A DNA stretch of 64,000 bases from positions 12,306 to 76,305 of the forward strand of contig SVBB01000006.1 of the NCBI GenBank assembly GCA_015059105.1, given 5' to 3'. How positions within the stretch are numbered: position 1 is the stretch's first letter; each line of letters opens with the position of its first letter. A program made the position numbers and the translations under genes. A model generated the notes under the pieces. It was not told the origin of the DNA. It saw nothing but the letters and a program-made list of their open reading frames with translations, and searched no databases. This document shows, in pieces, positions 55,516 through 64,000 of the stretch. This DNA is from Erysipelotrichaceae bacterium. GTDB lineage: Bacteria > Bacillota_I > Bacilli_A > RFN20 > CAG-826.

Positions 55516-55591
55516 TGGGGTATCGCCAAGCGGTAAGGCATCGGCCTCTGACTCCGACATTTCCTAGGTTCGAATCCTAGTACCCCAGCCA
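55516..55591 (+). tRNA. tRNA-Gln (CTG)
   Basis: TGGGGTA TC GCCAAGCGGTAAGGC A TCGGC-CTCTGAC-TCCGA...CTAGG-TTCGAAT-CCTAG TACCCCA G CCA. Confidence 0.96.
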
Positions 55592-55601
55592 AACAAAAAA
55601 T

Positions 55602-55627
55602 AAGCAGTTCGTGATGAGCTGCTTTTT
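55602..55627. terminator. Bidirectional terminator
   Basis: AAGCAGTTC-gtgat-GAGCTGCTT-TTT. Confidence 0.75.
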
Positions 55628-56402
55628 ATAACAAGAGATTATCTTTTGAGTTAAGAATGATAAAACCTTCTCGGTTATTAACATCCCTTCGGTTATATCT
55701 TATGGGAGTGCTATCTGGTTTTAAGAAATAGCCACCTGCTTCTTCCACTAAAATTTGAGGAGCCGCGGTATCCCATTCTTTTGTATTTGGATAAAGTCGA
55801 TAACATATTTCCGCTTTTCCTTCAGCGATCAAGCAGGCCTTAATTGATGCCCCTGCTCCACGACAATTTGTAATCCTGTCTGCGTGTTTATTAATCAATT
55901 CTTTTTCCTCTTTTCCAAAGAAATGTAGAGAGGTTAAGCAGGTTAAATCACTAGTTTTGTTGCTCACATTAATTCTATTGGTTATATTATGGCGAACACA
56001 GAATGAACCATTGCCTTTCGAGGCATAATATAATTCGTCATTCACTGGAACATAAACAACTCCAACGACGACCTTGTGTTTATAAGCAAGAGCGATATTA
56101 ACGGCAAATCCGTTACCGTGATCAACAAAGTCTTGTGTACCATCAAGAGGATCAATAATCCAAACAAAATCATTATCTAATCTAGAAAAATCATCGTCAT
56201 TTTCCTCGGATAATATCGCATAATACGGATATTTTCTTTTTAATTCGCTGATGATAATTTCATTTGAAGCACGGTCTGCACTAGTGACTGGAGAATCATC
56301 ACTTTTAATATCAACTTCAAAAGAACCATGATAATATTCCATGATTTTCTTTCCCGCTTTAACGGCGATGTTTTTAGCTACTTCTAGTTCGTTTTCCCAC
56401 AT
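55626..56402 (-). CDS. 3'(2'),5'-bisphosphate nucleotidase CysQ-like (inositol monophosphatase family)
   Basis: K.DDSPVTSAD, SEE, WIIDPLDGT and EWDTAA. Confidence 0.88.
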   Translation of the reverse strand: MWENELEVAKNIAVKAGKKIMEYYHGSFEVDIKSDDSPVTSADRASNEIIISELKRKYPYYAILSEENDDDFSRLDNDFVWIIDPLDGTQDFVDHGNGFAVNIALAYKHKVVVGVVYVPVNDELYYASKGNGSFCVRHNITNRINVSNKTSDLTCLTSLHFFGKEEKELINKHADRITNCRGAGASIKACLIAEGKAEICYRLYPNTKEWDTAAPQILVEEAGGYFLKPDSTPIRYNRRDVNNREGFIILNSKDNLLL

Positions 56403-56411
56403 AAACAAAAT

Positions 56412-56457
56412 AATAAAAGTCTATCTAGAATCTAGAATATTGGATTTAAGATAGACT
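56412..56457 (-). terminator. Terminator after rpoE
   Basis: AGTCTATCT...AGATAGACT hairpin followed by TTTATT on the minus strand. Confidence 0.6.
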
Positions 56458-56474
56458 GAATAAATATAGGTTAA

Positions 56475-56888
56475 TTAGCTATTGAGAGCTTCTTCTTCCT
56501 TGCTGGACTCGTCATCCTCATCTTCATCTTGGCCAAAATCGGATCTTTCTTCTTCGACTGGTTCAGCAAATGTCTTGTTGTACTCTTCCTCTTCATCGGC
56601 CTCTTCGCTATCGGAATCAGAAGTATCCATATCGGAATAAACATCCTTCATATCGATGTGGACTTTGTCGAAAGTATGTCTGCTTCTTAAATCCCATTTG
56701 TTTTCACCGAGAGTCACAAAGCGACCATCGAGAAGTAAGGAAGTATAGAAAGAGCTAACTTTCTTATTGGCTTCTTCTTCACTGAAGCCTTTTTGTTTAA
56801 CAACATACGCCCAAAGTTGTTTGAATGTTACCGATTTTGGTTTTGAGTTTAAGTACTCATGGGCTAATTCTAACATTGATCCTTGCAT
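56475..56888 (-). CDS. rpoE: RNA polymerase delta subunit
   Basis: SMLELA...FYTSLLLDGRFVTLGENKWDLR plus an acidic tail. Confidence 0.93.
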   Translation of the reverse strand: MQGSMLELAHEYLNSKPKSVTFKQLWAYVVKQKGFSEEEANKKVSSFYTSLLLDGRFVTLGENKWDLRSRHTFDKVHIDMKDVYSDMDTSDSDSEEADEEEEYNKTFAEPVEEERSDFGQDEDEDDESSKEEEALNS

Positions 56889-56901
56889 ATCTTTATCTCC
56901 T

Positions 56902-58521
56902 TTACATATGTTCGGGTGCGCTTACTCCAACGAGGAATAAGGCATTTTTAATAACTTGTTTGATTGCATCGCATAAAGCGAGTCGAGATGCGGAGGTTTC
57001 TAAGTCGCCACGATCAACAATCTTTGTATCGTTATACCAAGAATGAACGCTTTCCGCAAGTTCATGTACATAATTTGTAATTTTATTTGGTAATAAATCA
57101 CGGCAAGCATCAGAGACAACCTTTGGGAAATCCGCTAATGTTTTAAGAATTAATTTCTCTTTTTCTAAGCCGAGACATTTACCGCTTTCATCAATCGCGA
57201 TATCTTCACCCATCTTCATAACGGAACACATACGTGCATATGCGTATTGACTATAATAAACAGGGTTAGATGAACTTTGTTCAACCGCGAGAGATAAATC
57301 GAAATCTAAATGGGTGCTTGGCATACGCATCGCGAAGAAATATCTCGCTGCATCGATACCAACTTCCTCCACTAGTTCTCTTAATTTATAAGCATCGCCT
57401 GCTCTTTTAGAAGCTTTCTTTTCGACACCATCTTTGATGAAACGCACCATTTGGATTAATTCGACGCTTAAGACGTCTTCTTTATATCCGTGCATCATCA
57501 AAGCGCTTTTCATACGATTGATATAACCATGATGGTCCGCTCCTAAAACATCGATTAAGCGATTAGCTTTACGAGATAATTTATTGAGGTGATAAACGAT
57601 ATCAGGAAGGAAATAAGTGTAATCACCATCGCTTTTCACAATGACTCTATCCTTATCATCGATAAAGTCGGTGGTTTTCAATAATAATGCACCATCTTCT
57701 TGATATGTATATTTTTCTAAATATTTGAGTTCGTTTTCAATTGCGTTATTCTTTCTAATTTCTTTTTCAGAAGTGAAGACATCGAATTCCACTCCAAAAT
57801 TAGATAAGTCAGTTCTCGCTTTCTTCATCTCTTTCGCGATACCGATTTCCTTAAAGAAAGCGATTGGGTCTTCATAGGTAAGTGGGTCTTCTCCATATTC
57901 ATCTAAAACATCTTTAGCGATATCGATGATATCTTGCCCGTGGTAGCCATCTTCTGGGAGAGTAAATGGTTTACCTAATAATTCGAAATAACGCGCTTGG
58001 ATAGATAAGGCGAGATTGTCGATTTGTTTACCCGCATCGTTAATATAATATTCTTTAATCACGTCATAGCCTGAGAAAGCAAGGATTCTCGCTAAGCAGT
58101 CACCGATTGCTGCTCCTCTCGCCGTTCCGACATGTAAATCACCAGTTGGGTTAGCAGAGACGAATTCAACATTCACTGTTTCGTTTTTATATTCGCCACG
58201 ACCATAGTTATCTTTTTGATTCAAAATGAGAGAGATGACGTTTTGTAAAGAATCATCTTTCATAAAGAAATTCATGAAACCAGGGCCAGCAATTTCTACA
58301 TGGTCAATATACGTTTTATCTAAGTTATCAATTAATAAATTCGCGAATTCTACAGGGTTTTTGCCGTTCTTTTTCGCATATTTTAAGCAAACGTTACTCG
58401 CGTAATCCCCGTGAGAAGCATCGCGACTTTTCTCTACAAAGACATCTTCAAAAGAAGCCTCAATACCAATTTTATTTAAGGCATTTTTGATATTGTTTTT
58501 TAATTCCTCTACCAAATCCAT
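56902..58521 (-). CDS. argS: Arginine--tRNA ligase
   Basis: HGDYASN, GPGFMNF, VEFVSANPTGDLHVG, GADHHGY and NPVYYSQYA. Confidence 0.97.
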   Translation of the reverse strand: MDLVEELKNNIKNALNKIGIEASFEDVFVEKSRDASHGDYASNVCLKYAKKNGKNPVEFANLLIDNLDKTYIDHVEIAGPGFMNFFMKDDSLQNVISLILNQKDNYGRGEYKNETVNVEFVSANPTGDLHVGTARGAAIGDCLARILAFSGYDVIKEYYINDAGKQIDNLALSIQARYFELLGKPFTLPEDGYHGQDIIDIAKDVLDEYGEDPLTYEDPIAFFKEIGIAKEMKKARTDLSNFGVEFDVFTSEKEIRKNNAIENELKYLEKYTYQEDGALLLKTTDFIDDKDRVIVKSDGDYTYFLPDIVYHLNKLSRKANRLIDVLGADHHGYINRMKSALMMHGYKEDVLSVELIQMVRFIKDGVEKKASKRAGDAYKLRELVEEVGIDAARYFFAMRMPSTHLDFDLSLAVEQSSSNPVYYSQYAYARMCSVMKMGEDIAIDESGKCLGLEKEKLILKTLADFPKVVSDACRDLLPNKITNYVHELAESVHSWYNDTKIVDRGDLETSASRLALCDAIKQVIKNALFLVGVSAPEHM

Positions 58522-58997
58522 TATTCGTTCTCCAATGTCACAACTGCGTATGCTTCAACAGCTTTTCCTTCTCCGACTGGACCAAGCTTTTCATTAGTTC
58601 CTGCTTTAACAGAAACTACAGAAATATCCGCGTGAAGTAAGCTAGCAATATTCTTTCTCATCTCTTCGATATAATCTTTGAGTTTTGGTTTTTCTAAAGA
58701 GATAAATACATCGAGATTGTTGAGATGATAACCAAGAAGTTTCATCATCTTATAAACCTCATTCATAATGATCGCGGAATTCATATTTTCGGTATCGCGG
58801 TCATTATCTGGGAAATGTTTTCCTAAGTCACCAAGGGCTAATGCACCTAAAATCGCTTCTGCCACTGCATGATAAACAACATCTCCATCGCTATGGGCGG
58901 CTTCTCCTAAATAATAAGGAACATGGACACCACCAAGCATCAATTTGCGATCCATCACTAAGCGATGAATATCTTTACTGAATCCAATTCTAATCAT
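58521..58997 (-). CDS. ispF: 2-C-methyl-D-erythritol 2,4-cyclodiphosphate synthase
   Basis: DIH, HSDGDV..HA, GDLGKHFPD and VSVKAGT.E. Confidence 0.95.
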   Translation of the reverse strand: MIRIGFSKDIHRLVMDRKLMLGGVHVPYYLGEAAHSDGDVVYHAVAEAILGALALGDLGKHFPDNDRDTENMNSAIIMNEVYKMMKLLGYHLNNLDVFISLEKPKLKDYIEEMRKNIASLLHADISVVSVKAGTNEKLGPVGEGKAVEAYAVVTLENE

Positions 58998-58998
58998 A

Positions 58999-60114
58999 TT
59001 ATTTCTTACTCACATTGAACTTGAAGAACATGATATCACCATCGTTTGGATAATACCCCTTACCTTCAGTTCTCAACTTTCCGTTATCTTTAACAGCGGC
59101 TTCGCTGCCGAACTGCTTAATTGCGTCATAAGTATAAACTTCCGCGCAGATAAAACCTTTTTGGAAGTCTGTATGAATCACACCAGCGCATTCTGGTGCG
59201 CTCATGCCTTTGATAAATGTCCACGCGCGGCACTCATCACTACCAACTGTAAAAAATGTTGATAGATTTAGTAACTTATATGTGGATTTGATAACTTTCT
59301 CTAATCCTGATTCTTCAACACCGAGTTCTGCGAGATATTCTTTTCTATCTTCTTCGCTTAATTCGGATAATTCACTTTCAATCTCACAGGAAACCGGAAT
59401 GACTTCACTGCCTTCTTTAGAAGCATATTCAACTACTTGCTTATATAATTCGCAGTTATTGATATCGCCTAATGCATCTTCTGAAACATTCGCGACATAA
59501 ATAATTGGTTTTTTCGTTAATAAGAAATAGTTTTTAGCCGCGTATTCTTCTTGTTCCTTGCTGAGTTCAACAGTTCTCGCTGCTAAGCCTTGTTCAAGAG
59601 CCTCTTTAATTGGAGAGAGAATGCTCATCTCTAACATCGATTCTTTATCTTTTAAAATACGTGCTTTGTTTGCCACTTTGTCAATGCGTTTATTAACCGC
59701 ATCTAAATCCGCCATCACGAGTTCGAGATTGATAACTTCAATGTCTCTTACTGGATCAACGCTACCTTCAACGTGGATGATGTCATCGCTTTCAAAAGCT
59801 CTCACCACTTCCACGATCGCGTCGCATTCTCGGATGTGCGCTAGAAATTGGTTACCAAGGCCTTCACCTTTAGAAGCACCTCTTACAAGTCCAGCGATAT
59901 CATAGAATTCGACAGTCGCGGGGATTGTTCTTTCTGGCTTAAATAAATTTGATAAAAATTTCAATCTTTCATCTGGTACATTGACAACACCAGTATTTGG
60001 ATTGATAGTCGCAAAAGGATAATTCGCTGCTTCGACATGCGAATTAGTTATTGCGTTGAATAATGTGGATTTACCAACATTTGGTAATCCGACGATACCT
60101 GCTTTTAGTCCCAT
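58999..60114 (-). CDS. ychF: Redox-regulated ATPase YchF
   Basis: GIVGLPNVGKSTLFNA, ANYPFATI, DIAGLV and GEGLGNQFL. Confidence 0.97.
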   Translation of the reverse strand: MGLKAGIVGLPNVGKSTLFNAITNSHVEAANYPFATINPNTGVVNVPDERLKFLSNLFKPERTIPATVEFYDIAGLVRGASKGEGLGNQFLAHIRECDAIVEVVRAFESDDIIHVEGSVDPVRDIEVINLELVMADLDAVNKRIDKVANKARILKDKESMLEMSILSPIKEALEQGLAARTVELSKEQEEYAAKNYFLLTKKPIIYVANVSEDALGDINNCELYKQVVEYASKEGSEVIPVSCEIESELSELSEEDRKEYLAELGVEESGLEKVIKSTYKLLNLSTFFTVGSDECRAWTFIKGMSAPECAGVIHTDFQKGFICAEVYTYDAIKQFGSEAAVKDNGKLRTEGKGYYPNDGDIMFFKFNVSKK

Positions 60115-60166
60115 AACGCCTATTAGTATACCCTAATACTCTTCTAAATCAAAGATTTATCATATA

Positions 60167-62971
60167 TTAATGCTTAATTGCCTCAATAGGTGAGATATTT
60201 GCATATTTCAAACAAATTAACAAACTTGAGACAAACGATATCGATGTCGCTAAAACAAACATCGCCAAGAATGCAATCGGATTAAGCGTGAATGACGTTG
60301 AACTAGACAAAGTTTCACCAATGCTCCGAGATATAAAGTAACTGACAAACACTAATTCAACTGACGAAAGAAGGAAAGACAACAAACTGATCATCATCGA
60401 ATAGAAAACCATAAACTTACACGATTCGAGTTTTGATACTCCCAAGCACCGCGATAAGCCAATGTCTTTTTTACTTTCCAAGAAATGTAACAAATTAGTA
60501 ACACTCATTAATATGATTGATATCGTCACCGCAATAAGGGAGAAGATGTTCATCGCCATTTCAATATAGCCGCATACTTCTCTCACATTTTCATCGATAT
60601 CGCCTAACGGGTTGACCACATCAAATTCAGGGTAATCTCTTTGTAGTTCATCTCTCACTTTATTCATATCGCGAGAATCAGAAACATCAAAGCATAAACT
60701 ATTGATGAATAAACCATATGAAGATATACCAAATCTTTGTTTGAATATCGATACTAGCCAATCCGTATCCTGATAAATGCAATAATCTTCTTCGTCAATT
60801 ATACCAACAATTTTTAAAGGCACAGTGACATAATCCCTGACCACAAAATCATCATTAAAAACGCGTTGATTTACGAGATATGCAAAATATAAAATCTGAC
60901 CATTGTTTTTATCGATATTTAAGGAATTATATAAGCCTCGTGACACCACTATTTCGTCGATGCTATTAAATGAAAATGTTTGGCTTTTGCAAGAAATATT
61001 GCTGAAATTCACACCTTTTTGTAACCCTCTGGAATAATGGCCAATACATAATCCCGGACTATTTTGAACGTGTTCATATTCTTCTACTGGCAAGGTTGAA
61101 AAAATGTTTAAATTTTCTTCTAATAACTGATTATCCAAGGAGAAATATGCGTAGTTAGAAAAACCCATCATCAAATTTGAGGAATAAATTGCAAATCCAG
61201 ACGGGGTGCCGACAAGTGGGTTAGACAAATATGGATGGGTATCTAAAATATGTTCAATTTTGCGATATGGTAAATCAATGCCATTATTAATTAAAAGCAT
61301 TATCTTATCCACCGTCGATATCGGAGTGTCCTCTTCTATCGTAAGCGGGAAATAAGACGAATTAGCGATTTCAAAAATATAGTCATCAGATAGCTTGTCT
61401 TCCCTTAGCTTTTTAAATAACATATCGGTCTCTTCATCGCACTGCAGATAATATAGTTTTTTAAGTGTCCACGGCTTCTTGCTATTAGTAGAGACACTGG
61501 TAGTCGAAGGAAAACGCATGCTGGTTTCAAAGACAAACTCATTCCATAAATGGTTATAGTGATATATCGTTGGTCTTATCGAAAGAATAAAGCCTTTAAT
61601 CACAAATGATTGTTGATCGCTATATTCCCAGTTATCGTTAACACCGTTAAAAACAATCTTCAAATCATGCGTAGAGATATAGTTAGATAGATAATCAACA
61701 TTTTTCACTATCTTTAATTCATCACATATAAGCTGGATAAGGTTTAAATTTAACCCAATCACAATTTCATTATTGTCTAGTGACGTAGGGCGACGTGGAA
61801 AGACAGTTTCTTTATATAAATCGAGCCACTGAAATTCGTTTATTTGTTTTGCACCTAAGCCTGGAAGCACAAATCTAGCCTTTTCATCATCGATAACAAA
61901 GTTATTTTCACTTATAAAATGCTTATCTAAATTATTTAAATATACTTCACCAACATCATAGATGCTCTCTTGATATTTACTAGCGATTAATGTCGCATCA
62001 TCATAATTAACCCCTTCCATTGTCGGAGTGATGTTTTTTTCATTTTTTAAGTTCATGATGATTTTCGTTTCATCGATCAATTCTGAATATGCTTGTTTAA
62101 TATTCGTCGATATCGAATTTGATAATGTTAAAGATAAACCAGTGCCAATCAATCCTAAAGAAATCAATAAAGTGCAAAAAGATGTTCTCCACTTACGGTT
62201 TTTTAAAGCGAGAAAAGAATGTTTGAATAAAAATCGAAAAGGTATCCTTGCTCTTCCGTTATTCACCCCATTATTGATGATGAGATGTTTTTCTTCTTTT
62301 TCGTTAATTGGAAGCACCTCGTGGTTAATGATTTCACCATCTTTCATTTCAACAATGACATCCGCATACTTACGCGTTAACTGTAAGTCATGAGAAACGA
62401 GAACCACTAAAGTATTTGAGCTTATCTCTTTTAATAAAGACATAATGTTATTCGCATTCACTTCATCTAATGCACCTGTTGGTTCATCCGCTAAGATGAC
62501 TTTCGGATCGTTTGCAAGACTTCTAGCAATCGCCACACGCTGCTTTTCTCCTCCTGATAATGTATTGACGATTTGTTTTTCTTTTCCGGATAATCCAACA
62601 AGAGATAATAAGTCGTCGCATTTTCTCTTCTTCCTTAAATGCGGAATATTAGGGGTGATATCTAAAGCAAACATCACGTTGTTAATAACGTTATCAAGAT
62701 TAAAAAGTTTAAAGTCTTGAAAGATGAATCCAATGCTTTTATTTCTAAAATCATTTCTTCCTTTTTCTGAAAGATTTTCCAAGGTAGTTCCGTTAACAGT
62801 AATAGAGCCGTTATAGGTTAATAACGACGATATGCAGTTAAGCAGTGTTGTCTTCCCACATCCTGAATCTCCACATATTAAAACTAGACCAGTATCAGGA
62901 AGTGTTAGATTGATATTTTTAAGCACTTCATGATCGTTAAAACTTTTACATACATCACTTAAAATAATCAT
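60167..62971 (-). CDS. ABC transporter, fused ATPase and FtsX-like permease (MacB-type)
   Basis: GDSGCGKT, LSGGEKQ, ADEPTGALD and SHD; one TM, a large extracellular region, then three C-terminal TMs. Confidence 0.9.
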   Translation of the reverse strand: MIILSDVCKSFNDHEVLKNINLTLPDTGLVLICGDSGCGKTTLLNCISSLLTYNGSITVNGTTLENLSEKGRNDFRNKSIGFIFQDFKLFNLDNVINNVMFALDITPNIPHLRKKRKCDDLLSLVGLSGKEKQIVNTLSGGEKQRVAIARSLANDPKVILADEPTGALDEVNANNIMSLLKEISSNTLVVLVSHDLQLTRKYADVIVEMKDGEIINHEVLPINEKEEKHLIINNGVNNGRARIPFRFLFKHSFLALKNRKWRTSFCTLLISLGLIGTGLSLTLSNSISTNIKQAYSELIDETKIIMNLKNEKNITPTMEGVNYDDATLIASKYQESIYDVGEVYLNNLDKHFISENNFVIDDEKARFVLPGLGAKQINEFQWLDLYKETVFPRRPTSLDNNEIVIGLNLNLIQLICDELKIVKNVDYLSNYISTHDLKIVFNGVNDNWEYSDQQSFVIKGFILSIRPTIYHYNHLWNEFVFETSMRFPSTTSVSTNSKKPWTLKKLYYLQCDEETDMLFKKLREDKLSDDYIFEIANSSYFPLTIEEDTPISTVDKIMLLINNGIDLPYRKIEHILDTHPYLSNPLVGTPSGFAIYSSNLMMGFSNYAYFSLDNQLLEENLNIFSTLPVEEYEHVQNSPGLCIGHYSRGLQKGVNFSNISCKSQTFSFNSIDEIVVSRGLYNSLNIDKNNGQILYFAYLVNQRVFNDDFVVRDYVTVPLKIVGIIDEEDYCIYQDTDWLVSIFKQRFGISSYGLFINSLCFDVSDSRDMNKVRDELQRDYPEFDVVNPLGDIDENVREVCGYIEMAMNIFSLIAVTISIILMSVTNLLHFLESKKDIGLSRCLGVSKLESCKFMVFYSMMISLLSFLLSSVELVFVSYFISRSIGETLSSSTSFTLNPIAFLAMFVLATSISFVSSLLICLKYANISPIEAIKH

Positions 62972-63999
62972 TCTTCTTTTAACTCCTCTATCACTGATAT
63001 TTTCTTACTGAAAAGAATTGGGACTGTTGTAGAAATAACAATCACTAATAATGAGACAACTATAAGGAACAAATAATATGAATATGGAAGATTGATATTA
63101 GGAAGAATACTAGAAGGAAGAGAGATAACATTATCAATTCCAATAATTTGAAATAACAAGCGATTTACAAGTGTTTTTATTGGAATAATCAACGAAAATG
63201 TCAATATTAACGCTAGAGATACAATCATCATATTTTCATAGATATAGATATCTGTGATTTGAAATAGATCTGCCCCTAAACATGTAAGAATCGCGCTTCT
63301 TTTCTTATCTTCGCTATATGAAGAAAATGAGATCAGTCCCACTATTAAAACCGTGCCAATAATCGCGATGATTAAGAATAACTCTACCCCAATTGAAGAA
63401 GCCGATATTAAGTCGGTTAAAGCCTGCTCTATAACAAGAGAATTATTGTTGATTGTAAAATCGTCTTTTATCTTTTCTTTATCTAGAGATACATTTGGAT
63501 AGTAACGATAGTTTTTCAAAAATATTTTATAGGAATAAGAGGTTAAGTTATTCGTATTAACTTCATCCATTATTTTCTCTTTCCACGAATAGGGATAATC
63601 CACATAACTCGAGTAGTTATTAAGCAAATAAGAAGAGAGATATTCATCTAATGCGACATACGGATAATAGATGGTTGGAACAGATAAAAAGCTTAACTCA
63701 TCAACAACCCCCACTACCTTCGCTCTAAAGGAATAAACAAAGGTGTCATTTATAACATTATTTTCTTCATCATACGTATAATAATTTGTTTCAAATATAT
63801 GAGATAATGATATCCATTTGTTTAATGGCTCATTAACATATGCTTTTAATGATTCATATGCCTTCTTATTAATCACTACTTCTAATAAATTGTCTTCTTT
63901 TGGAAAAGCACCTTTAATAAGTAACGACTTATCTACACTTTCATCTTGAAAAGAATAAACACTGTTATAAACGTACTCTTTCAGTTCGTTATTCTCGTA
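62968..63999 (-). CDS. ABC transporter FtsX-like permease, C-terminal part; runs off the window
   Basis: Frame is open to the window edge; EDKKRSAILTCLGA and C-terminal TM pattern. Confidence 0.82.
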   Translation of the reverse strand, partial: YENNELKEYVYNSVYSFQDESVDKSLLIKGAFPKEDNLLEVVINKKAYESLKAYVNEPLNKWISLSHIFETNYYTYDEENNVINDTFVYSFRAKVVGVVDELSFLSVPTIYYPYVALDEYLSSYLLNNYSSYVDYPYSWKEKIMDEVNTNNLTSYSYKIFLKNYRYYPNVSLDKEKIKDDFTINNNSLVIEQALTDLISASSIGVELFLIIAIIGTVLIVGLISFSSYSEDKKRSAILTCLGADLFQITDIYIYENMMIVSLALILTFSLIIPIKTLVNRLLFQIIGIDNVISLPSSILPNINLPYSYYLFLIVVSLLVIVISTTVPILFSKKISVIEELKEE

Positions 64000-64000
64000 A

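Noticed and set aside
1-64000. Alternative genetic code (TGA=Trp), and the many short antisense ORFs in the track
   Set aside because: Long genes are intact under code 11, several end in TGA, and tRNA-Trp has anticodon CCA. The short ORFs nested in or opposite to long genes lack RBSs and motifs.

Overview
This is an AT-rich chromosomal window from a low-GC Firmicute, probably an uncultured gut or rumen Bacilli lineage. That placement is inferred from rpoE (delta subunit), a perfect CIRCE, an N-terminally short ClpB, TGA used as stop and tRNA-Trp(CCA). The left part holds a RelB/PIN toxin-antitoxin (TA) pair, a 3171-aa Cys/His-repeat lipoprotein, clpB, and a frameshifted Ca/Na antiporter under a yybP-ykoY riboswitch. 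The centre (about 20.6-39.7 kb) is an accessory locus and the main point of interest. It carries a 12-gene minus-strand operon: tandem GrpE-like, lidless Hsp70, Hsp70-vWA fusion, HPD-less J-like/Zn-ribbon/FN3 protein, TRAFAC GTPase, GAP1-N2-like protein, two small membrane proteins (one missing from the ORF track), membrane-anchored GTPase, transglutaminase-like protein and two more membrane proteins. Transcribed divergently are a radical SAM/SPASM enzyme and an unannotated 55-aa Cys-rich RiPP-like precursor. The locus is bracketed by a two-component system on the left and a collapsed one-component copy of it on the right. The right part has an OhrR-type redox operon, decayed TA modules next to tRNA-Trp, and housekeeping genes (aminopeptidase, SAM riboswitch-metK, folate ECF S component, folC, smpB, NifU-like, tRNA-Gln, CysQ-like, rpoE, argS, ispF, ychF, ABC transporter). 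I found no CRISPR array, rRNA, integrase or transposase. All family assignments come from reading motifs by eye; no database search was run.
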